From NCBI GenBank assembly GCA_964388035.1, contig CAYLZE010000081.1, positions 1 through 23,286 on the forward strand: 23,286 bases of DNA. The letters are read 5' to 3'. A program made the position numbers and the translations under genes. A model generated the notes under the pieces. The model saw nothing but the letters and a program-made list of their open reading frames with translations. It was not told the DNA's origin and did not search any database. The DNA is from an uncultured archaeon (lineage in GTDB: Archaea; Asgardarchaeota; Lokiarchaeia; Sigyniarchaeales; SOKP01). Positions 7,265 through 16,388 of the stretch are shown one piece after another (positions within the stretch are counted from its first letter, which is position 1; every line of letters starts with the position of its first letter).

Positions 7265-8152
7265 TTGAACGATGAGAATATTTGTATCCTTCCCTGCAAT
7301 GGATTAGATAAATCTTTAGGGGTTATTGCTCGCGAAGTTGCTTTAAGAATCATGGAGAAATTTCCCAATATCAAATTAATTTGTCCGGTATTATTGAATT
7401 CTGGGGATAAAACCTATGAGGAACTCTTAAGGAATTTGAAAATCATAGTAATTAATGGTTGCATGACAAGGTGTCCTACAAAATTGATAGAAGAACGCAG
7501 TGTTAAACCTTTCAAGCAAATAATGATTCCCGAAATGTCCAAGAAATATAAAATTAAACCATCCAAGAGTTTAAGATTGGATGAAGAGAATATTAAGCTC
7601 GTGAACCAAATTGCTGACGAGATCATTAAAGATTTAGAAGATACCGGACAAGAAGAAGAAAAGCATGTGCGAGAATTCGGAGAACAGGGTTATTTTGATA
7701 TTACGGTTGATAAATATTATTTTACCGTTCCTAAAGAGGGATATTTTTTTAATGAAAATGACTGTTGGATAAAGCCTATTGGAAAAACGGCTTTATTAGG
7801 TATTTCCGATTATCTGCAAAATGCTGCCAGCGATGTCTTATTTGTCGATTTACCTGAAGTTGGAAATATGGTGGAGCAATTTGATGATGTGGGCTCTTTC
7901 GAATCCACAAAAACCGTATTGCAATTAATTTCACCAGGTTCTGGAAAAATAATCGCTGTAAATAAGACTCTAGAGCAGCATCCAGAATATTTAAATCAAG
8001 ATCCTTACAATAAAGGATGGTTTGTTGAAATTGAACTGGAAAATTTTGAAGAAGATCATGAACTTTTAATGAATTGTCCACAATATTTTGAATATATGAA
8101 AAATAAGGCAATTAAAGAAAAAGACCATTTAGATAAAATGAAAGGTGAATGA
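7265..8152 (+). CDS. DGC domain fused to glycine cleavage H-protein (lipoyl carrier) domain
   Basis: N-half LPCNG, LICP, IVINGCMTRCP; C-half LGISDYLQ, DVLFVDLPEVG, ESTKT (lipoyl Lys216, codon 7910-7912), SPGSGKIIAVN, NQDPY..GW. Confidence 0.9.
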   Translation: MNDENICILPCNGLDKSLGVIAREVALRIMEKFPNIKLICPVLLNSGDKTYEELLRNLKIIVINGCMTRCPTKLIEERSVKPFKQIMIPEMSKKYKIKPSKSLRLDEENIKLVNQIADEIIKDLEDTGQEEEKHVREFGEQGYFDITVDKYYFTVPKEGYFFNENDCWIKPIGKTALLGISDYLQNAASDVLFVDLPEVGNMVEQFDDVGSFESTKTVLQLISPGSGKIIAVNKTLEQHPEYLNQDPYNKGWFVEIELENFEEDHELLMNCPQYFEYMKNKAIKEKDHLDKMKGE

Positions 8153-8153
8153 A

Positions 8154-8576
8154 ATGGCTGAAAAAAAAGTATATATTATTCCGTGTAGCGGAATTGGAAA
8201 AGTTTTTGGAAGTATAGGCAGGGAAACTACATACATTACAGTAAATGAATTAGCAAAGGGAAAAGCAGAATTGGAATGTTTACCTTTAATAGTAAAGGGA
8301 AAAAAGAAAGTCATTGAGGATTTAAAAGCGAATAAGATAATTGTAATCGATGGATGTCCATTAAAATGCTCTTATAACAATGTTATGGAACAAGTGGGAA
8401 AAGTGGATGCTCAATTCATGACTACTAACATCGTCAAGGAAAATCGAGAATTAAAACCCGAATCTTGCATAATTCCGATCGGTGAAAATACTAAAACTTT
8501 ATCCCAAAAACTAGCTGAAAATGTATCAAAAAAAGTAGATGAATTACTCGAAAATGGAGAGGAGGTGAAGGATTAA
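8154..8576 (+). CDS. DGC-domain putative zinc/metal-binding protein
   Basis: IIPCSGIGK, ECLP, IVIDGCPLKCS; ATG 8154 preferred over GTG 8145 because SD GGTGA lies at 8144-8148. Confidence 0.85.
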   Translation: MAEKKVYIIPCSGIGKVFGSIGRETTYITVNELAKGKAELECLPLIVKGKKKVIEDLKANKIIVIDGCPLKCSYNNVMEQVGKVDAQFMTTNIVKENRELKPESCIIPIGENTKTLSQKLAENVSKKVDELLENGEEVKD

Positions 8577-8996
8577 ATGAGGAAGAAGATAGGAATTATC
8601 GCATGTAGTGGAGAAAAGTTAATTGGGGGAACTCTGAGCCGTGCTGCTGCTAGAATTGTAGTAGAAAGATTGAGACCGAATAGCACGATTGTTTTATGTC
8701 AACCATTATTTGCTGCCGGGGGTTTAGAACGTCATGGAGGACAAGAAGAACGAAATTTTGCTAAAGAACATCCCACGATAACTATTGAAGGGTGTGAAGA
8801 AGAATGTTCGAAAATTGCGGTTGAAAGATATAGTGGACCTGTAGCGGCGACAATTAGGATTGATGACATCTTAAAAGCACATCCGGAATTGAATCCAAAT
8901 TCTCGGGAAGATTTAGGAGAAGAAGGGATGAAATTAGCACAGATAATTGCGGAAGAGGTTGCTAAAAAGGTTGATGAGTTATTTATAGCTGACTAA
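8577..8996 (+). CDS. DGC-domain putative zinc/metal-binding protein
   Basis: IIACSGE, VLCQP, ITIEGCEEECS; SD GGAGGTGA upstream; abuts previous stop. Confidence 0.85.
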   Translation: MRKKIGIIACSGEKLIGGTLSRAAARIVVERLRPNSTIVLCQPLFAAGGLERHGGQEERNFAKEHPTITIEGCEEECSKIAVERYSGPVAATIRIDDILKAHPELNPNSREDLGEEGMKLAQIIAEEVAKKVDELFIAD

Positions 8997-9178
8997 AAAG
9001 AAGCTTTTAATAATTGAGGGATAAAGAATTTTTTATCATAGATCTTTTCAGAAAATATTTAAGTAAATAAATTAAGATACCAAGGAAATATTCTTCAACT
9101 TAAAATTTCATTATCCCCATCGAAGCTTGAATTAAATAGAGACTTCTTTTATATTAACAAGATTTAATTCAATAATAT

Positions 9179-10531
9179 TTAATAATCTTCTATGTCCTCC
9201 AGAAGATCGAAAATCTTCTGAATAAGGTCTTCCAGATCTATTGAAGATTGTTTTTCCGACTTCATGTCCCTAATACTTACTTTTTCTTCTTTTTTTTCTT
9301 TTGGTCCAATTATGAGAGTTATGAGAACACCAAGATCATTCGCCTTGCTTAATTGGTTCTTTAAACTCTCGAATCTATAATTAATCACGCAAGGAATATT
9401 TTCTTTTCGAATTAAACTTGCGATGTTTAAAGCATAATCTGCCACGCTCTCATTCACGCAGGCAATATATATTGTATCGGAATAGTCTTTTTCTTTAATA
9501 TCAGAGGGGATTAAATCATATGTTTCAAGAAATAGTTTTAACATGAGCACGCCCATTCCAAAGCCAATCCCAGATAATGGTTCATCTGAAAAGAGCGAAA
9601 GTAAATCATCATAGCGACCCCCTCCAAATATTGCCCTTCTGTTCTCTTTTCCCGTGTCAAACACTTCAAAAACCGTTCCCGTATAATAGTCTAGTCCTCG
9701 AACAACACTCGAAGAAAAAGAGCAAAATTCGGATATGTTCGTCATATTAATTAATTTTTCCAATTTTAATAACTCCGAATACCCTTGAGAGTTATAAAAT
9801 TCTTGGGGAATTTCATCAAATTTATTTAATAAATCTTCCAATCTTTCGTTATTTATTAACTTTGAAATGCCTTGAATTATAGTTTCATCATTAAAGGAAT
9901 CAATCAAATACTTCTCAAATTCAGATGCTTCCAATTTATCAGATTTATCTAGGATTTTATAGACCAAGGGCATATCTTTCTGATGAATACCGATAATGTG
10001 TTCGCAAACCGCGTCTATAAACCTTCTATTATTATAGAAGATCTGAAATTGTTCTGATGTGGCATTTAAGCCCGTTAATATATCAACTGCGATATTAAAG
10101 ATCTCCAGCTCGGCGTAAAGGCTATTCTCACCTAATATATCATAATTAACTTGAATAAAGCTTCTCATTCTGCCACGTTGGGGCCTTTCATATCGAAAAC
10201 ACTCTGGAACCGAATACCAGCGTATTGGCTTTTTGAGTTCTTGACTCTTGCGAGCGATCATTCTTGCTAAAGTGGGAGTCATTTCTGGTCGTAAAATAAG
10301 TTTTTTGCCCTTCTTTTTCTCCACGTAAAAAGACTGCTCATTTACAAGTTCGTCGGAAGATTTAGCAGCAAAGATCTCAATTGGTTCCAATAAGGGACCT
10401 TCATACTCTTCATAATCATATAATTCCGCAACTTCATCAATAACCGATAAAATATACTTGTAAACGCGTAGATCTTCTGGAAATAGATCTTCCATCCCTC
10501 TCAAGGGTTCTTTTGAAAATTTCTCCGTCAT
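9179..10531 (-). CDS. hisS: Histidyl-tRNA synthetase
   Basis: RGMEDLFP, LRPEMTP, FRYERPQRGRMR, VRGLDYYTG.VFE, GGGRYD.L, GIGFGMG; C-terminal anticodon domain. Confidence 0.97.
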   Translation of the reverse strand: MTEKFSKEPLRGMEDLFPEDLRVYKYILSVIDEVAELYDYEEYEGPLLEPIEIFAAKSSDELVNEQSFYVEKKKGKKLILRPEMTPTLARMIARKSQELKKPIRWYSVPECFRYERPQRGRMRSFIQVNYDILGENSLYAELEIFNIAVDILTGLNATSEQFQIFYNNRRFIDAVCEHIIGIHQKDMPLVYKILDKSDKLEASEFEKYLIDSFNDETIIQGISKLINNERLEDLLNKFDEIPQEFYNSQGYSELLKLEKLINMTNISEFCSFSSSVVRGLDYYTGTVFEVFDTGKENRRAIFGGGRYDDLLSLFSDEPLSGIGFGMGVLMLKLFLETYDLIPSDIKEKDYSDTIYIACVNESVADYALNIASLIRKENIPCVINYRFESLKNQLSKANDLGVLITLIIGPKEKKEEKVSIRDMKSEKQSSIDLEDLIQKIFDLLEDIEDY

Positions 10532-10667
10532 TCAATCACTTGAACTAATCTAAGAAATATAAGATATTAAAGCATCGAAAGGAAAAAATTTTTACCATTT
10601 TATTCGCAATCACATTTCGATTTAAATTTATCTTCAGTTTAAATTGCGGGTTATAAAAAATGGTCAT

Positions 10668-12110
10668 TCATTTTGTTATATTTATGGATTCACTCGCAAT
10701 TCTTGACAATTCTCTTTTCAATCCCTCATTTATGGGTTTAATTTCCGGTTTAGCATTTAAATTTTTTAATTCTTCGTTTATTCTCTTCCTCGTAGAAAGA
10801 GCTCCTGAGTTTAACCAAGAACTATAAGACATTCTATTGATAATGGAACTGGTAAAATAAAGCTCTTTCTTATAAAGGTTTAGAGTGGAGGGATGAGATA
10901 ATAAGTTCCCTTTTTTTCGAAAGTCTTCGATTATATCCGAAGCAAAAGGAAGGTCGTGATCGGGAATACCTGCAATTAATTTTTTAACCATTCCGGCGAT
11001 TTCGTTATCTATCATTAATTTACTAATACTCTGGGTGGATTCAGATTCTAACATTCCGGGACCAGAAATGACATTGATTCCGGCCAGTGCTCCTAAAATC
11101 AATCCAATTCCAGCTTCAAAAGCCATCTGTAAATCAAGCATTTTCGAATCACTCACGCACATGTAAGCATGGGTAGGAATTTTTAGATATTTCCCCATTT
11201 CTATATTTCCAATATTCATCATCATTGCTTCTATTGAGCCCATTGGGGAGGTGCCTTGCCTCATATCGAGCACGGCAGGAGAGCCGCCCCAAATTAAGGG
11301 GGCACCTTTATTAGTTAATTGCGAAATTACTACTCCTGCTAGATTTTCTGCACACATTTGAGTTATCGATCCGATTAGAGTAATGGGACCATTAGCTCCA
11401 GCTATAGGCATTGAAACGAATTCTATTGGGATCTTGCTTCTTGCTCCATCTATAATGGCTTGGGTGGTTAAATCCGTCCATATTAAGGGAGGAGATGGAG
11501 CTGCGTCAAAAATCGCAAGTGGTTTATTTGCCAAATCCTTTTCAGATAGTCGACAAGTTAATAGCAATTCTTTCATGATTTGAAAACTGTCTTTATTAAA
11601 GGTACCAGTTATAATCGGTTTATAACAATAATTCAAGCAAATAAATAATCGATACCAATCTTGTGAAATTATAGGTACATCTTGGCACACCATTGCCGTG
11701 CTTTGCGCGTCAATATATTTAAGCTTTTCTACCACTTGAGTAAACTTTATGAAATCCTCTGTCTTTGCATGTCTTCTTTCTCCCGTGTTTTCGTCGATCA
11801 CGTTCATTGCTGTCGATCCCGGGTTAAACAATACGTTATCATTTTCTAAGAGAAAATGCTCGTTTCCCTCTCGATCATATAATTTAATTTGATTGGGAAC
11901 CGATTTGACACATTTTTCAGCGAGATCTGGAGGAATAAAAAATAAAGATTCTACGTGATTTAATCCTTCTTCTTTTAAAATTTCGGCGGCTACTTTATTT
12001 TGAACTTGTACTCCTTGGCGTGAAAGAATTTGTTTTGCTTCCAGTAATACTTTATCTTTATGATCATCATCTAAAATAGTAATTTTCGGTCTAATCATGT
12101 TCAATATCAT
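10668..12110 (-). CDS. Trimethylamine methyltransferase (MttB/COG5598) family, non-pyrrolysine
   Basis: SPPL, GANGPITLIG, AENLAG, DMRQG, SDSK..D.Q..FE, AGINVISGPGMLES, IDNEI; uninterrupted ORF with Val before SDSK, where Pyl is recalled to sit in methanogen MttB. Confidence 0.9.
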   Translation of the reverse strand: MILNMIRPKITILDDDHKDKVLLEAKQILSRQGVQVQNKVAAEILKEEGLNHVESLFFIPPDLAEKCVKSVPNQIKLYDREGNEHFLLENDNVLFNPGSTAMNVIDENTGERRHAKTEDFIKFTQVVEKLKYIDAQSTAMVCQDVPIISQDWYRLFICLNYCYKPIITGTFNKDSFQIMKELLLTCRLSEKDLANKPLAIFDAAPSPPLIWTDLTTQAIIDGARSKIPIEFVSMPIAGANGPITLIGSITQMCAENLAGVVISQLTNKGAPLIWGGSPAVLDMRQGTSPMGSIEAMMMNIGNIEMGKYLKIPTHAYMCVSDSKMLDLQMAFEAGIGLILGALAGINVISGPGMLESESTQSISKLMIDNEIAGMVKKLIAGIPDHDLPFASDIIEDFRKKGNLLSHPSTLNLYKKELYFTSSIINRMSYSSWLNSGALSTRKRINEELKNLNAKPEIKPINEGLKRELSRIASESINITK

Positions 12111-12246
12111 CCTCTAATGGGATTTTTTAAATATAATATTTCAATTTAGTTAAAAATTATCATCAGTATTTAACACATAAGTGAATGACTCTTTATCTTA
12201 ATTGAAAGACAATTTTTATTTTCTATTTTCCTAATAATTCTAAATT

Positions 12247-13026
12247 TCACTTTTTACTTTTTACTGGATTGGAATGAGAACAAGGAACCATGCTCACGCA
12301 TTTCCCGCATACATCAGCTAATCCCAAAGAGGAATATAAATGCGCATTTTCTAAACACATGTCATAACATTTTTTTCTATCATAATCATTCATTCTGAGG
12401 GCGTTGAACGTGCATTTCTCAACACATTGCTTGCAGGATTTATTATAATAATACAAGCAATAGGGTTTTTCTGTCCTCATGGTCGTTGATAATGCAAGAG
12501 TGGTTATGACACTTCCTAGTCTTCCGCAACAACCCTTCTCTGTGATCAACATTTTATGAATGCCAAAGTTTCCCAATCCGGCAATATAAGCAATGTGCTT
12601 ATGGGACCAGTTACTAATTAGCTCTTTTTCATCAAAGATGTGCGTAGGAGCAATGCTGACTACTTTATCCCCCATTTTTTGTAGTCCTCGAATTAGATAT
12701 TGATTTAAATCCATGATTAATTTATTTGTTTCCAGATAAGCAATTGCCCATTCTCTTGAAGCCGAACCTGATTTTACATTAGATCGTACCACCTCCTCTT
12801 CAAAAGGAATAAAGTAAGAAATAACTATTTTAGCCCCTTTCAATAATTCACCGGGCAAACGATGGGAGGGATCAATTATTCTTTTTAAGTCGAGAAATAA
12901 GGGATCACTTACATCGGCATAAGCTACTAGAGGATCTTTCCATTGCGTTTTTGTGTAGTTCATCCCGTGATAGTCCTTTACGAACTGCTCAATGAGAGAA
13001 GTTATGAATTTATTCATCTTAATCAA
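12247..13026 (-). CDS. Epoxyqueuosine reductase (QueG)-like Fe-S protein
   Basis: WSHKHIAYIAGLGNFG, GRLGSVIT, C...CKQCVEKC, CY..C, CGKC...VPC. Confidence 0.8.
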   Translation of the reverse strand: MIKMNKFITSLIEQFVKDYHGMNYTKTQWKDPLVAYADVSDPLFLDLKRIIDPSHRLPGELLKGAKIVISYFIPFEEEVVRSNVKSGSASREWAIAYLETNKLIMDLNQYLIRGLQKMGDKVVSIAPTHIFDEKELISNWSHKHIAYIAGLGNFGIHKMLITEKGCCGRLGSVITTLALSTTMRTEKPYCLYYYNKSCKQCVEKCTFNALRMNDYDRKKCYDMCLENAHLYSSLGLADVCGKCVSMVPCSHSNPVKSKK

Positions 13027-13183
13027 TTATTATTCTTAATACATGTGTTAGAAATTCAAATGAATGAAGCAAAAAAAAAGAACTTAAATTAATGCATTAT
13101 TTTAAAATCTAAGTGCGTTACTAAAATAATGAAGCATTAACAATTAAAACTATCAATATTTAATTTACCACCTTTCGTGAACT

Positions 13184-14677
13184 TTGACCAAAAAAAAATA
13201 CAAGTTAGTATATATTGGCGCAGGTTCATTCCGGTTTTCCATTCCACTTTTAATGAACATCTTGGAAGCGGAAATTTTGCAACCCATGGAGCTGTGGTTA
13301 GTGGATATTGATTTTCCTTCCTTACAACTTGTTACCACGATATATAAATATGGTATCCTCCTTCATAAGAAGAAGATTGAAGTCCATTCCACCATCGATA
13401 GAAAAAAAGCGCTCAAGGGAGCGGATTATATTCTTATTTCCATCTCCGTGGGAATGCAAAAATCTGAATGGTATGATATCCACATTCCTTTGAAATTCGG
13501 AATTCCTCAAAACACGGGGGATACAGTGGGACCAGGGGGCATATTTCGGGGCATTCGGACGATTCCCATAATTTATGATATTATGAGGGACATAGAAGCC
13601 CTTTGTCCCAATAGTATTGTATTTAATTATACTAATCCTCAAGGTACTAGCATATTATCATCTTATCAAGCGGCTCCTAAAGTTCAATCGATTGGACTTT
13701 GCCATGAATTCTTTTATATTGGTTCCAAAGAATTTGCTCGATATTTAAAATATTGTGGAATTAAGGTAACACCAGAGAATAGGTTCAAGATTTTGTATGG
13801 CGGCGTGAATCATTTTTCTTGGATACAGGAATTTAGATATGGAGAGAAAGATATCTATCCTTTGCTCCGCGAAAAAGCATTTGAAGGGTATAAGTCTAAG
13901 AAATTCGGAAGACCATTTAATTTTTACTTATTAAATAAGAGTGGTTTATTAAATTACGTGGAAGACCGACATGTTGCTGAATTCATACCACAATATTATA
14001 ACTTCTTCAACCATAACGAAAGACCTTTCGGGATTACTAAATTACGGGATGTTCAGAAAATAAATTTTGAACGCCATTTAATATATTCTATATTCAAGTT
14101 AGCAAATATTTCTACAAGCAGGTGGATCATAAAACTGTTCATTAGACCATGGGCTGGGGGTGAAAAAGCTCTGATGATGATCAAAGATAAGGAACAAAAT
14201 GTTTTACGGCATCACGTTAGCAATGTTCTTAATAAAAATATAATTCCATCCTTACCTGAAAATTGCATTATTGAAGTTCCAGCATTTTTTCATGATAATC
14301 AAATAAAGACGCCCCCAATGGGTTCTTTTCCCAAGGACATTCAAGAGCTCATTAAAATACATGCTGAGAACCAACAATTAGTCGTGAATGCTGCAATATC
14401 CGGACGTCCGGAAGATCTTTTAAAAGCTCTATTGGCTGATCCCATGTGCAAATTCATTGAAGATGATGATAAAATAGAAGCGATGATGTGGAACATGTTG
14501 CATTATGAAAGAAAATGGATGCATAATTTTACGGAATCTATTCCAACCCATGAAGATTTGAAAAAAATGCATTATCATATTGAAAAAAGCGAATTACGTA
14601 CTCAAGAACGTGCAATTCAAGAAAAATATGTACCAGATCCTTCTCTTAAAAAGAAGAGTTGGCCCATCTTGTCATGA
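13184..14677 (+). CDS. Glycoside hydrolase family 4 (NAD+-dependent; alpha-galactosidase-like)
   Basis: YIGAGS Rossmann motif, GDTVGPGG.FR..RT, NYTNP, GLCHE, GVNHFSW, IIEVP, ALLADP; TTG start. Confidence 0.92.
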   Translation: MTKKKYKLVYIGAGSFRFSIPLLMNILEAEILQPMELWLVDIDFPSLQLVTTIYKYGILLHKKKIEVHSTIDRKKALKGADYILISISVGMQKSEWYDIHIPLKFGIPQNTGDTVGPGGIFRGIRTIPIIYDIMRDIEALCPNSIVFNYTNPQGTSILSSYQAAPKVQSIGLCHEFFYIGSKEFARYLKYCGIKVTPENRFKILYGGVNHFSWIQEFRYGEKDIYPLLREKAFEGYKSKKFGRPFNFYLLNKSGLLNYVEDRHVAEFIPQYYNFFNHNERPFGITKLRDVQKINFERHLIYSIFKLANISTSRWIIKLFIRPWAGGEKALMMIKDKEQNVLRHHVSNVLNKNIIPSLPENCIIEVPAFFHDNQIKTPPMGSFPKDIQELIKIHAENQQLVVNAAISGRPEDLLKALLADPMCKFIEDDDKIEAMMWNMLHYERKWMHNFTESIPTHEDLKKMHYHIEKSELRTQERAIQEKYVPDPSLKKKSWPILS

Positions 14678-14714
14678 TATTATCATATTGAACGGTGAGA
14701 TCTTTTTTAAAATA

Positions 14715-16388
14715 TTAAGTTTCAGCCAAGTATAAATACATGCATTCAACAAAAAGCTCTTTTTCAATAGGTTCTTCAATTTTCTCTTTATTTGGTAAAG
14801 ATTTTCTTTCCCGTTTTGGGGCATTCATCTTATTTTGTAGTATTTTATTGTAAATCTCAAGGTGAGGATTATAAAATGCCTTGCCATCCTTTATATCTTG
14901 CTTTAAAGATTCTCGAAAAGTGGAATCCAACCAGAATTTAAACGGACCTGAACCATGTTCCGCCTTATGTTTAATGTGGTAATTTTTTTTCAAAAACGAG
15001 ATGACTTCATAAGAGGTTTCTGCTATAAAGCCCAAATTCTCTTCTTTATTCTCATAAAATAACATTATAGGAACGGGTAATCGAACGTGGAATAAAGCCC
15101 CTTGTCCTTTCCGGAAATTCAAATGTCCATATCCTATTGAAACTTTTTCCAACCCCTTTTCCTTATAGATTTCATTCAAAGCGTCAAGCAAACCCGGTAT
15201 TACTATGGGATCTACTAATATATCTTCAAAGCTAGGAATCCTCAAAATATTTGCACTACGATCCCCGGTAACAGATAAAAGAGGTAAAGATGCTCGTTCG
15301 TTGAGCAATTCTTTAAATTTTGAATCCGATAGTTCATTATCACGTAATTCCGTATATTTTTTCATTACTCTTATAAAATCATTTAAAGTTTCTTTTTCTC
15401 CTTTAATAAGAACGATCCAATTTATCGTTTGATTATTCTTTATAGCTTCCGGAAGATTTTTAAATTTGCCTATTAAGTTACTGGGGGACATGATAAATTC
15501 GCTAATTAGAGGAAAAATCTGCTGATTCTGAACGGCAGTCAATCCTTCGAAAGCCGTTATTTCATCCGAACCATAAAGAATTGCTTGTTCCGTGTTTTTT
15601 GGAACATTGCGTAATTTAAAGGTTGCACTTAAAACTATGCCATACATGCCTTCGCCCCCGATTATTTTGAAAAAGAGAGGATCATCCTTATTAATACTTA
15701 TTATTTCTCCACTTGGTTTCATGATGCGGATAGTTTCAACCCAATCTTCTGTAGCTCCTAATTTTCCCGAAGTTAATCCACTAGCATTAGTTGAAATGAT
15801 ACCACCAACCCGTACCGGGAGTTTCAACGCACTAGAAGGTTGTATGGGCCAGATATAAACTCCATCACTTTTATATTCGATCCATTTAATTAAATCAGAT
15901 ATGATTACCCCTTGTTCTGCTTCGATTTTTTTGGATTCTAAATTAATTGTAAAGGGAGCGGGAAGCGAATGGAGATCCGCTAAATCAACAACTATAGCAT
16001 AATTTGCATAAGCGCCTGAAAGACCCGTTTTCCCCGATGCGAAAGTGAGTGGGATTTGATATTTTTGAGAATGGATGACGATTTTCTGTAATTGATATTC
16101 AGTTACCGGCCGAAAAATAACTTGAGGAAGAAAATGAAGATGAGAGGCATCTCGAATTGAAGCTGATTGTAGAATATCATTTACTAGCATCACATTCCCC
16201 GAATGAATACAATTTTCTATTTTATTTTTAGAATCCGAGATATTGGGATCGATTTTTGAGAGTTTTACAAAACCTACATTTTGCATTGCAATGAAAAAAT
16301 CGTCCCAAGGGAGATCTGAAAGCAATTCTTGGATGAGTTTTTGACGTTTCATGGATAAGTTATTCGATATTTTTAAAAAAATGCTCAT
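14715..16388 (-). CDS. FAD-binding oxidoreductase (GlcD/Dld-like, PCMH-type)
   Basis: P.VIFRP, SGKTGLSG, VGGIISTNASG, GGEGMYGIV..ATFKL, GYGH, KAEHG.G. Confidence 0.85.
   Translation of the reverse strand: MSIFLKISNNLSMKRQKLIQELLSDLPWDDFFIAMQNVGFVKLSKIDPNISDSKNKIENCIHSGNVMLVNDILQSASIRDASHLHFLPQVIFRPVTEYQLQKIVIHSQKYQIPLTFASGKTGLSGAYANYAIVVDLADLHSLPAPFTINLESKKIEAEQGVIISDLIKWIEYKSDGVYIWPIQPSSALKLPVRVGGIISTNASGLTSGKLGATEDWVETIRIMKPSGEIISINKDDPLFFKIIGGEGMYGIVLSATFKLRNVPKNTEQAILYGSDEITAFEGLTAVQNQQIFPLISEFIMSPSNLIGKFKNLPEAIKNNQTINWIVLIKGEKETLNDFIRVMKKYTELRDNELSDSKFKELLNERASLPLLSVTGDRSANILRIPSFEDILVDPIVIPGLLDALNEIYKEKGLEKVSIGYGHLNFRKGQGALFHVRLPVPIMLFYENKEENLGFIAETSYEVISFLKKNYHIKHKAEHGSGPFKFWLDSTFRESLKQDIKDGKAFYNPHLEIYNKILQNKMNAPKRERKSLPNKEKIEEPIEKELFVECMYLYLAET

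Noticed and set aside
10668-12110. Pyrrolysine-containing MttB
   Set aside because: No in-frame TAG; the ORF is continuous and has Val at the expected position
1897-14677. Sec readthrough at other TGA-terminated genes (DUF5714, 5724..6014, DGC-GcvH, mttB, QueG-like, GH4)
   Set aside because: The proteins appear complete at the stop, the TGA is not in a Cys-motif position, and I found no AUGA/GA hairpin downstream where I checked
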